Source: a virus (taxonomy: Duplodnaviria > Caudoviricetes). From it: a stretch of DNA of 35,731 bases. The stretch spans positions 1-35,731 of IMG/VR virus record IMGVR_UViG_3300029318_000037; one strand, given 5' to 3'. A program made the translations under genes and the position numbers. The notes below the pieces were generated by a model. It did not search any database. It had not been told where the DNA came from and was given only the letters and a program-made list of their open reading frames with translations. This document shows positions 26,208 to 34,224 of this stretch, one piece after another. Positions within the stretch are counted from its first letter, which is position 1; the number at the start of each line of letters is the position of its first letter.

Positions 26208-26680
26208 AAAAAATAAAAATACATGGGAAGGATTACATTGAGGTAAATGAACGCGTCAAATATTTTAGAGATAATTATGACGGTTATTCTTTAACATCAG
26301 AAGTAATAGAAAAAACTTCAGAATCAATTATGATACAGGCAACAATTAAAGACAAAGAGGGTTTTGTTATTGCTTCGGGAATTGCTGAAGAAATAAAAAG
26401 CAATAGTGGTATAAACAAAACATCTTACGTTGAAAATTGTGAAACCTCTGCATGGGGTAGGGCTTTGGGTAATTTTGGTATTGGTATAGATACTAGTATT
26501 GCCAGTGCTAATGAAGTTGCTAATGCTGTTGCAAATCAAGATGATAGGCAATGGCTTACTGAAAGCCAATTTCAGTCAACATTAAAAGGCACTAAAAAGA
26601 AAGCAGAAAATGTTTTAAAGAAATTTAAAATGAAAAATGAGTACAAAAATAAAATTATAAACCAATTTAAAATTAAATAA
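26204..26680 (+). CDS. Putative single-strand annealing protein (Rad52/Sak-like)
   Basis: Motifs GKDY.EVNERV and SYVENCETSAWGRAL; next to SSB-like and RecE-like genes. Confidence 0.65.
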   Translation: MKKIKIHGKDYIEVNERVKYFRDNYDGYSLTSEVIEKTSESIMIQATIKDKEGFVIASGIAEEIKSNSGINKTSYVENCETSAWGRALGNFGIGIDTSIASANEVANAVANQDDRQWLTESQFQSTLKGTKKKAENVLKKFKMKNEYKNKIINQFKIK

Positions 26681-26681
26681 T

Positions 26682-26969
26682 ATGTCAGAAAAAAAATCAA
26701 TTTACGTTAACGGTGTAAGGTTTTTTAAACCTAATGAAAATGCACCTGAAAATTTAGTTGCTAATGTTTTGATTACACCAAAATTATTAGGCGAATCTTT
26801 ACGTCAAGATGAAGTAAAGGACGCTAAGGGCGAATATCAAGGCAATAAGCAATACCGCGCTACATTATGGAAAAATAGTGACGGTAGTTATAGCATGAGT
26901 TTTAATACTTATAAAGCTGAAAGCAAAGTTCAGCAAGCAGAAGAAAGTGGCGATGACTTGCCATTTTAG
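26682..26969 (+). CDS. Putative single-stranded DNA-binding protein
   Basis: Acidic C-terminal tip DDLPF. Confidence 0.65.
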   Translation: MSEKKSIYVNGVRFFKPNENAPENLVANVLITPKLLGESLRQDEVKDAKGEYQGNKQYRATLWKNSDGSYSMSFNTYKAESKVQQAEESGDDLPF

Positions 26970-26976
26970 TTTTAAC

Positions 26977-27004
26977 AAAAGGGTGGCTATTAGTCACCCT
27001 TTTT
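26977..27004 (+). terminator. Rho-independent terminator
   Basis: AAAAGGGTGGCT-att-AGTCACCC followed by TTTTT. Confidence 0.85.
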
Positions 27005-27016
27005 AATTAATAAATT

Positions 27017-27331
27017 ATGGGAAAAAGTAAAGTAATAACACCAAAATATTATAATGGTTTAAATGATTATACAGCAAAAGAAGTTGTAGATAATTTTGAA
27101 TTAAACTATCATTTAGGTACTGCATGTACTTATATATTAAGAGCATATAAAAAACATGATACGCCAAATGAAGATTTACAAAAAGCAATAGATCATTTAA
27201 CTTTTGAATTAGAGCGAATTGAATACATACAACAATATAATAGGAATCGTGATTTTAAAGATCATATTGTTTTAAATGCAGCAAAAAAAAGAATAGAACA
27301 ATTAAAAAACCCAGCTACTTATATAGAATAA
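27017..27331 (+). CDS. DUF3310-like protein
   Basis: Motifs PKYY, LNYHLG.A..YILRA.KK and EDLQKA...L. Confidence 0.75.
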   Translation: MGKSKVITPKYYNGLNDYTAKEVVDNFELNYHLGTACTYILRAYKKHDTPNEDLQKAIDHLTFELERIEYIQQYNRNRDFKDHIVLNAAKKRIEQLKNPATYIE

Positions 27332-27333
27332 TT

Positions 27334-27468
27334 ATGAAAAATAATAAATTTAACGGGTCAACTGAAGCATTAACTTTTTTACATTATAGAGTTGAGGCAT
27401 TAGTTAAAGAAAATAAAAGGTTAACAAATAAATTAAAAAAATGTCAAAATGAAAACAGTAAGGGATAG
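27334..27468 (+). CDS. Small coiled-coil hypothetical protein (44 aa; not in ORF track)
   Basis: MKNNKFNGSTEALTFLHYRVEALVKENKRLTNKLKKCQNENSKG fills the gap between neighbours. Confidence 0.5.
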   Translation: MKNNKFNGSTEALTFLHYRVEALVKENKRLTNKLKKCQNENSKG

Positions 27469-28207
27469 CAACGAAGAGTATCATTCTAGTCCAGGTATAA
27501 GTGCCTCTGGGTTAAAAATGATATATAAAGAATCTGTAAGTAAATATTTAAAGCGCAAACCATTTGAATCAAAATCAATGGCATTAGGTACTGCTGTACA
27601 TTCTGCTTTATTAGAACCAGATGAATTTAGTCGAGAATATTTAGTGTTACCTAAAATAGATAGGCGAACAAAAGACGGTAAAAATGAATATAATAATTAC
27701 ATGAGTAAGGCGAACAACAAAACTTTGTTAGCATCAGAAGATTATAATATTATAAATGAAATAAATAAAAATTTAAAAAAAAATAAATTAGCTAAGTTTT
27801 ATTTAGAAGGTCAAAAAGAAATATCACATTATGGTCAATACAATGGTGTCGAAGTTAGAGTAAGGCCAGATGTTATAAATATGCATAGGGGATATATCGC
27901 AGATGTTAAAACATGTAGAAATAATTCACCTAAAAATTTTAAAAATGATGTGTATAAATACGCATATCATTTACAGGCGGCATTTTATATGGATATGATT
28001 GATGGTATTGACCATTTTAAATTTGTTACTGTAGAAACTGTTTATCCTTACACTGTTGAGGTTTACACGTTAAGTGAAGAAATGATTGAGCAAGGACGTA
28101 ATGCGTGGAAGCAAGCATTTAGTGATTATGAAATGTATTTAGAAACTGGTGTTGTTCCAAGTTATAATTGGTATCAATACGCTAACGATGGAAGTTATTT
28201 ATTATGA
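27449..28207 (+). CDS. RecE/exonuclease VIII-like PD-(D/E)XK nuclease (DUF3799-like)
   Basis: Motifs EYH..PGIS.S.LK, GTAVH..LLEP, RPD, DVKT and YHLQAAFY. Confidence 0.88.
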   Translation: MKTVRDSNEEYHSSPGISASGLKMIYKESVSKYLKRKPFESKSMALGTAVHSALLEPDEFSREYLVLPKIDRRTKDGKNEYNNYMSKANNKTLLASEDYNIINEINKNLKKNKLAKFYLEGQKEISHYGQYNGVEVRVRPDVINMHRGYIADVKTCRNNSPKNFKNDVYKYAYHLQAAFYMDMIDGIDHFKFVTVETVYPYTVEVYTLSEEMIEQGRNAWKQAFSDYEMYLETGVVPSYNWYQYANDGSYLL

Positions 28208-28581
28208 AACATTATAGAGATATTGTCGAAAAATATTACAGCATTGACATTGCTGAAAAAAACAGAAAATTAAAATATGTATATGCGCGTGCAATTTATT
28301 TTTATTTATGTGATAAATATTCAAAAGCGCATAGGACAGAAGTTGCTGAATCTATAGACAGGCATAGGTGTACTGTTTTGCATTCTTTAAAAACATTTCC
28401 ATATATGTTAAAGCATGACAAACAATTAAAAATGGATTTATATTTAATAAAACAATTAGCAAATATTAAAGATACTAAGCGTCAAATGTCTATAAAAAAA
28501 TTAGTAAATGCTTACAACAATTTATTAATAAAATTTGATGTTTTAAAAGCATTATACGACAAAGAAAAAAATAAACAGTAA
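28204..28581 (+). CDS. Protein with DnaA domain IV-like HTH
   Basis: YARAIYFYLC...VAESIDRHRCTVLHS resembles DnaA-C (ARQIAMYL...RDHTTVLHA). Confidence 0.65.
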   Translation: MKHYRDIVEKYYSIDIAEKNRKLKYVYARAIYFYLCDKYSKAHRTEVAESIDRHRCTVLHSLKTFPYMLKHDKQLKMDLYLIKQLANIKDTKRQMSIKKLVNAYNNLLIKFDVLKALYDKEKNKQ

Positions 28582-28587
28582 ATTTAA

Positions 28588-28965
28588 ATGAAAGCTAACC
28601 CGTTTTATAGATATTTAACAAAAGAAGATAAATTACAACATCGGATCATTAGCTATTTAAAATATCAGTACCCAGATTTATTACTGGCACATGTACCTAA
28701 TGAGGGTAAGCGCAGTATTTTTGAACGATTTAAATTTAAATATTTAGGCGGTTCATCTGGCATTCCTGATCTTTTAATATTTAAAAAAAATAAATATTAC
28801 TGTGGACTTGCAATTGAATTAAAAGTTGGTTATAATAAACCAACGGCAAACCAAAAAGCATGGATTGATAATTTAAATAAAAATAATTGGTTAGCAATTT
28901 GGGTTAACGATTATGACAAATGCATTGAAATAATAAAAAAATATTTAAAAGATGAGCAAATTTAA
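28588..28965 (+). CDS. VRR-NUC domain nuclease (resolvase-like)
   Basis: Motifs ED.LQ, HVPNEG, GIPDL, IELKVG and PT.NQ..W. Confidence 0.88.
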   Translation: MKANPFYRYLTKEDKLQHRIISYLKYQYPDLLLAHVPNEGKRSIFERFKFKYLGGSSGIPDLLIFKKNKYYCGLAIELKVGYNKPTANQKAWIDNLNKNNWLAIWVNDYDKCIEIIKKYLKDEQI

Positions 28966-29200
28966 TTACGTGTATTTTGATTCTGATAATCAAAAAGTCA
29001 GATGGACACAAACCGTTACTGAAGACATTGATATAACATATAATTTTATCGGGAAAATGACGAGGGTTGAATTTGATCTATTAGTTGAAGTGTTATGGGA
29101 AGTTTTTGAAGACAAAGACATACCATTAAAAGATTTTATGAAATATTACAATGATATTAGACATTTTTGTGATAAGATTAAAATTATATTAGAAAAATAA
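28952..29200 (+). CDS. Hypothetical protein
   Basis: ORF coupled to both neighbours. Confidence 0.65.
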   Translation: MSKFNYVYFDSDNQKVRWTQTVTEDIDITYNFIGKMTRVEFDLLVEVLWEVFEDKDIPLKDFMKYYNDIRHFCDKIKIILEK

Positions 29201-30058
29201 ATGAAAATAAATAAAATAATAAAACCAAAACGATTTGCGCGTTTTGTAATAATCCCGTCTGCAATATTTAGGCATAAAAACATAAGCGCCGCTTCTACTG
29301 GATTATATTGTTGGTTATTTTCACATGACGAAAAACAAGAAATGACATTTAAATTTATTTTAAATCATTTTAGCAATGGGCGTGATGCTTTACAAACATG
29401 TATAAAAGAATTATCTACAATTGGTTTTTTGATACGTGAACAAGTTAAGGTTGACGGAAAATTTAAAGGTTATAATTACATACTAAATGACATACCGCTA
29501 ACTGGAAAACCGTTAACTGGAAAACCGCTAACTGGAAATCAACAACAAAGTAATATATATATAGATAATATATATAATAATAAAAGTAATATAAAACCAA
29601 ATGCTAAAAATTACGCTAAAATAGTCACTGACGCATTTGATTATTTTGTAGAATTATTTCCAGTTAAAAACCGCCCTACTACAAAAACTAATATTGATAG
29701 ATGGTTAGATACATTAGATAAAATTCATCGCATTGATAAATATGATTTGCGTGAGGTATATTTAAAATGTAAAGAATTAAGAAATGATCCTTTTTGGGAA
29801 ACTAATTTTCTATCATTAGTAAAATTAAGAAATTATAATCGCGAAGGAATTAGATACATAGATTACTTTATGTATAAAGCAAAACCAAATGTAAACAACA
29901 TAAGAAAAAAAATACCAGGCGCTATAAAATTTTACAAATACAATGATCCGTTAGGTAAAAAATTAGTTGGTGTTAAAACTATAAATGGTGATATTGATTA
30001 TGATATGTTAAAAACAATGTTATCTGCAAATGATCTGAAAATATTATTAAATGATTAA
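29201..30058 (+). CDS. Replication initiator-like protein (N-terminal winged HTH)
   Basis: Motifs F.IIP, IS..S.GLY..L.SH and GRDAL...IKEL...GFL.R; internal DNA repeats after the HTH. Confidence 0.75.
   Translation: MKINKIIKPKRFARFVIIPSAIFRHKNISAASTGLYCWLFSHDEKQEMTFKFILNHFSNGRDALQTCIKELSTIGFLIREQVKVDGKFKGYNYILNDIPLTGKPLTGKPLTGNQQQSNIYIDNIYNNKSNIKPNAKNYAKIVTDAFDYFVELFPVKNRPTTKTNIDRWLDTLDKIHRIDKYDLREVYLKCKELRNDPFWETNFLSLVKLRNYNREGIRYIDYFMYKAKPNVNNIRKKIPGAIKFYKYNDPLGKKLVGVKTINGDIDYDMLKTMLSANDLKILLND
29494..29538 (+). repeat. 3 x 15-bp tandem repeat ACCG(C/T)TAACTGGAAA; putative iterons
   Basis: Units at 29494, 29509 and 29524 with one mismatch in total; followed by a nearly pure AT tract. Confidence 0.85.
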
Positions 30059-30554
30059 AAAAGGTCAAGTTTTTACGTTAGATAATTTAGAACAAAAAAT
30101 TGTACTTACAATTGCAACCGAAAGACAATTAAATAAAGAAAAAACAGGTTGGAATGGTTATAGAACTGTAGCAAAAACTAATAATGTAGAACTAAATAAA
30201 GTTGGTTTTGGTGCTGAATTTATATTTTGTAGAGAATTGAACTTATTTCCAGATTTTACTATTCTTAATACTAGTAAAACATTAGGGACAGATAAATATG
30301 ATTGCATATATAAAAATTTTACAGTAGATGTTAAAGTAAATAGAAACGTAAATAATCCTTTTATGATCCCAGAATATGCTAAAACAAATTGCAATTTATT
30401 TGCTCTTTTTGTTTGTAAATTTCCAAAATACAGATTTGAAGGTTTTGCAACTAACCAAATGATATTTCAAAATAAAAACTTAAAAATGACAAGAGTTAAA
30501 GCGTATGTGCTAGAAAAAAAATTGTTATTAGATTATAACGATTTAAAATTATAA
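30051..30554 (+). CDS. Hypothetical protein, possible PD-(D/E)XK-fold nuclease
   Basis: Pattern G..AE, D and VDVK. Confidence 0.5.
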   Translation: MIKKGQVFTLDNLEQKIVLTIATERQLNKEKTGWNGYRTVAKTNNVELNKVGFGAEFIFCRELNLFPDFTILNTSKTLGTDKYDCIYKNFTVDVKVNRNVNNPFMIPEYAKTNCNLFALFVCKFPKYRFEGFATNQMIFQNKNLKMTRVKAYVLEKKLLLDYNDLKL

Positions 30555-30573
30555 ATTTATAAAAACAAATAAA

Positions 30574-32253
30574 ATGATTGAGGAATTAAGTAACTTGGGA
30601 ATTAAAATAAAAAGACAATCTGGTGAATATAAAACAACATGTCCAAAATGTAGCGATACAAGAAAAAACAAAAAGGACAAGTGTTTATCTGTTAACATCA
30701 CCAGAGGTATCTACAATTGTCATAATTGTGGATGGTCAGGATCAGTCCAAAAGTTTTCTGCAAAACCTGACTATATTATACCAGTTAGAGAAAATGTACA
30801 AATCAACAACCGCATTTTAAATTGGTTTTCTGATCGTAAAATTACTGAACCTACATTATTACATTGGAAAATAGGGGAATCACTAGAATACATGCCACAG
30901 GTAAACAAAAAAAGGCGTGTAATAAATTTTAATTATTACAGGGAAAATAAACTTATAAACACAAAGTTTAGAGATAGTGAAAAAAACTTTAAGATGGTTT
31001 CTGGTGCTGAATTAATATTTTATGGATTAGACAACATAAAAGAATTAGATATTGTTTACATAGTTGAGGGTGAAATTGACGCATTAAGTTTACATGAAGC
31101 TGGACTTTATAGTGTTTGTAGTGTGCCAAATGGCGCTAGTAAAGGCAATCAAAAATTAGAATACCTTGACAATTGTTATAAATATTTTGAAAATAAAAAA
31201 ACGATAGTTATATGCACTGATAATGACGCACCTGGTCTAGCGTTGAGAAATGAATTAGCTAGGCGTTTTGGTTTTTATAAATGTAAATATGTGGATTTTG
31301 GTGAATTTAAAGACGCAAATGATGTATTAGTAAATGCTGACAAAGAAACTTTGCGCAATATTATTTCAAATAATAAAAGTTTTCCGTTAGAAGGTATTTT
31401 AAATATAGACAACATTTGGAACAGTGTTTTAAATTATAATGAAAATGGTTTAAAAAATTATTCAATTGGTATGGGTAATTCAGATAATTATTTTAACCTA
31501 GCATTTGGCGAATGGACTGTTGTGACTGGTATTCCTAATAGCGGTAAATCAGATATTGTCGATCAAATATGCTGTAATTTAGCTACTAAATATGGTTTTC
31601 GTTGCGCAATGTTTGCACCAGAATCATTTCCGTATGAGGGTCACATAAAACGTATTGCAAATAAATTAAACGAAAAAAATTGTGATAATAATGATTTAAA
31701 CAATACAAAAGATTTTATTGAAGAACATTTTCATTGGGTAAAAATAGATTTGGAAAACCTAACGTTAAAGGGCATTTTGGACGCATTTAAACAACTTGTG
31801 TTGCAAAAAGGTGTAAATGTGTGCGTCATTGATCCTTATAATATGTTAGACCATTCTGCGCAACGCGACTATTCTTATGTTGGGCGCTTACTTTCACAAA
31901 TAACACAATTTTGTCAACAAACAAAAACACACTTGTTTTTAGTAGCACACCCAAGAAAAATAGAATCAATAGAGGGTAAATATCGAAAACCAACATTATA
32001 TGATATTTCTGGATCGTCAGATTTTTTTAACAAATCATATAACGGTTTAATTGTATTTAGACAAATTGGGCAAAAATCTAAATATAAAAGTGATGTTGTA
32101 AGCGTATATGTAGAAAAAGTAAAGCGTAAAGAAAATGGTCAATTAGGTCAATTTGAAGTTGCACCTGATTTTGTTAATGGTGGCGTTTACAAACATTTAA
32201 CACGTGAAAACAAAAAATTTGAAGTAATAAAAGATAATAATATACCTTTTTAA
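30574..32253 (+). CDS. Bifunctional primase-helicase (T7 gp4/Twinkle-like)
   Basis: Zn finger CPKC...CHNC; TOPRIM VEGEIDALS and DNDAPG; Walker A GIPNSGKS; VIDPY, LVAHPRK and YDISGS. Confidence 0.93.
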   Translation: MIEELSNLGIKIKRQSGEYKTTCPKCSDTRKNKKDKCLSVNITRGIYNCHNCGWSGSVQKFSAKPDYIIPVRENVQINNRILNWFSDRKITEPTLLHWKIGESLEYMPQVNKKRRVINFNYYRENKLINTKFRDSEKNFKMVSGAELIFYGLDNIKELDIVYIVEGEIDALSLHEAGLYSVCSVPNGASKGNQKLEYLDNCYKYFENKKTIVICTDNDAPGLALRNELARRFGFYKCKYVDFGEFKDANDVLVNADKETLRNIISNNKSFPLEGILNIDNIWNSVLNYNENGLKNYSIGMGNSDNYFNLAFGEWTVVTGIPNSGKSDIVDQICCNLATKYGFRCAMFAPESFPYEGHIKRIANKLNEKNCDNNDLNNTKDFIEEHFHWVKIDLENLTLKGILDAFKQLVLQKGVNVCVIDPYNMLDHSAQRDYSYVGRLLSQITQFCQQTKTHLFLVAHPRKIESIEGKYRKPTLYDISGSSDFFNKSYNGLIVFRQIGQKSKYKSDVVSVYVEKVKRKENGQLGQFEVAPDFVNGGVYKHLTRENKKFEVIKDNNIPF

Positions 32254-32459
32254 TGACAAAAAAACATTATAAGGCAATTCAATGGTGTTTTGCAAATAAC
32301 ATTTATGTTAGTCCATTACCAAGAAAATCAGGCATATATATTGAGATAAAAGAAAAAAATAAAAAGATAATTTCACCTGACCATTATAATCAAAAAGAAT
32401 TGCAATTAAAAATATGGGAATTATATTTGTATCTTTATGAAAAATATAACAATGGCTAA
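32253..32459 (+). CDS. Hypothetical protein
   Basis: TAATG-coupled ORF. Confidence 0.65.
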   Translation: MTKKHYKAIQWCFANNIYVSPLPRKSGIYIEIKEKNKKIISPDHYNQKELQLKIWELYLYLYEKYNNG

Positions 32460-32832
32460 AAGGCAACAAAATCCGACACGTAAAAAAGCAATGATTAAAG
32501 CATTGGAAAAAACTTTTGGTGTTGTATCAACAGCTGCAACCATGATAGGATTAAATAGAAGCACACATTATGAGTGGTTAAATACTGATCCAGATTATAA
32601 ACAAAAGGTCGAGGAATTAGAAAACCTTATGTTAGATTTTGCTGAAACTAATCTGCATCAACAAATTATGGAAGGTAATACAACAGCTACAATATTTTTA
32701 TTAAAAACAAGAGGTAGAAAACGCGGTTACATTGAGCGTCAAAATATAGAGATGACAGCTGACGTTAATACAACTAAATTATCACCTGAAGCACAACAGA
32801 AAATTGACGATATTCTAAATGAAGAATATTAA
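32452..32832 (+). CDS. Terminase small subunit (in-frame alternative start at 32437)
   Basis: HTH G.VS.AA..IG..RST.YEW and ATIFLLKTRGRKRGY; upstream of terL. Promoter-like motifs at 32422-32437 favour the second ATG. Confidence 0.82.
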   Translation: MAKRQQNPTRKKAMIKALEKTFGVVSTAATMIGLNRSTHYEWLNTDPDYKQKVEELENLMLDFAETNLHQQIMEGNTTATIFLLKTRGRKRGYIERQNIEMTADVNTTKLSPEAQQKIDDILNEEY

Positions 32833-34177
32833 CGGAATTATTAAAAGTAAATGCGAAGATTCTTTATTATTTTTTACTAGGTATATTTTTAAAGAAAATA
32901 CTGGTATAAAATTTGAAGTTGCTAACTTTCACATTCAATTAGCTAATACATTAGAGCAAGTATTTAATGGCGATATAAAGCGTTTAATAATCAATATACC
33001 GCCTAGATATGGTAAAACAGAAATAGCTGTTAAAATGTATATCAGTTGGTGTTTAGCTAAAAATCCAAAATCTAAATTTATACATTTATCTTATTCAGAT
33101 GCATTGGCTCTGGATAATAGTTCAATGACTAGAGAATATATACTATCCGATGCGTTTCAAAAGATATGGCAATTACAATTAAAAAAAGATAGTCAAAGTA
33201 GAAAAAAATGGTACACAACGCAAGGTGGTGGTGTTTATGCTACGGCTAGTGGTGGTGCTATTACTGGATTTGGTGCTGGTAATGGTGGCGCTATTATTAT
33301 TGATGACCCGTTAAAACCTGACGATGCATTAAGTGATGTAAGGCGTAGTTTTATAAATAATAGATACAATACAACTATTAGATCAAGAGTAAATGATAGA
33401 GATGTGCCTATTATAGTTATAATGCAAAGATTACATGAAGACGATTTATCTGGTTATTTAATTGAGGGTAACAGCGGTGAGCAATGGCATCATTTAAAAT
33501 TATCTGCAATAGATGTAAATAACAAACCACTATGGCCTAGTAAACATTCATTTAAAGAATTAGAGGCAATAAGGCAAGCAGACAGATATACTTTTGCTGG
33601 TCAATATATGCAAGACCCAGCACCAGATGAGGGTGGCGAATGGCGTAAAGATTGGTTTAATATAATTAACAAAGCTGAAATGCCTAATGATATACAATGG
33701 GAAATGTTTATTGACGGTGCTTATACAAAAGACACACGTAATGACCCAACAGGTATTCAAATAAGTGGTAAAAGCAATGATAATTTATATATACTAAAAA
33801 GCATTGATAAATATTTAGAAATGCCAGAACTTAAATCATTTATAGTTTCTTTTGTTAAAAGTTGTGGCGTACACATAAATCAAATATTAGTAGAACCAAA
33901 AGCATCTGGTAAATCATTAGTGCAATTGTTAAGGCGTGAAACTAATTACAATGTCAGCGAATTAAAAACTGATTTTGTACGTTTTAGCAAAATAGAGAGG
34001 GCTAGAGCATCATCACCTTTTATTGAAGGTGGTCGAGTGTATTTAATTAAAGATGGTTGGAATGACGCATATTTACAGCAAGTTGGTACATTTCCAAACG
34101 CAAAACACGATGAACATATTGACGTTACAGCATACGCCATTGAACGTAATTTAATCAAAAACTTCTTTGTTGTTTAA
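32819..34177 (+). CDS. terL: Terminase large subunit
   Basis: Walker A IPPRYGKT, Walker B IIIDDP, MQRLHEDDL.G and nuclease FPNAKHDEHID. Confidence 0.95.
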   Translation: MKNINGIIKSKCEDSLLFFTRYIFKENTGIKFEVANFHIQLANTLEQVFNGDIKRLIINIPPRYGKTEIAVKMYISWCLAKNPKSKFIHLSYSDALALDNSSMTREYILSDAFQKIWQLQLKKDSQSRKKWYTTQGGGVYATASGGAITGFGAGNGGAIIIDDPLKPDDALSDVRRSFINNRYNTTIRSRVNDRDVPIIVIMQRLHEDDLSGYLIEGNSGEQWHHLKLSAIDVNNKPLWPSKHSFKELEAIRQADRYTFAGQYMQDPAPDEGGEWRKDWFNIINKAEMPNDIQWEMFIDGAYTKDTRNDPTGIQISGKSNDNLYILKSIDKYLEMPELKSFIVSFVKSCGVHINQILVEPKASGKSLVQLLRRETNYNVSELKTDFVRFSKIERARASSPFIEGGRVYLIKDGWNDAYLQQVGTFPNAKHDEHIDVTAYAIERNLIKNFFVV

Positions 34178-34224
34178 TTACTTTAAAATTTTGTATTTTT
34201 ACAAAAAATTTATTATAGGTAACT

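Noticed and set aside
29494-29538. Repeats as a mini CRISPR array
   Set aside because: 15-bp tandem units without spacers, in frame within a CDS; no cas genes.
30623-30820. Alternate-frame + strand ORF in the primase-helicase gene
   Set aside because: Fully nested in the conserved Zn-finger region with no independent support.
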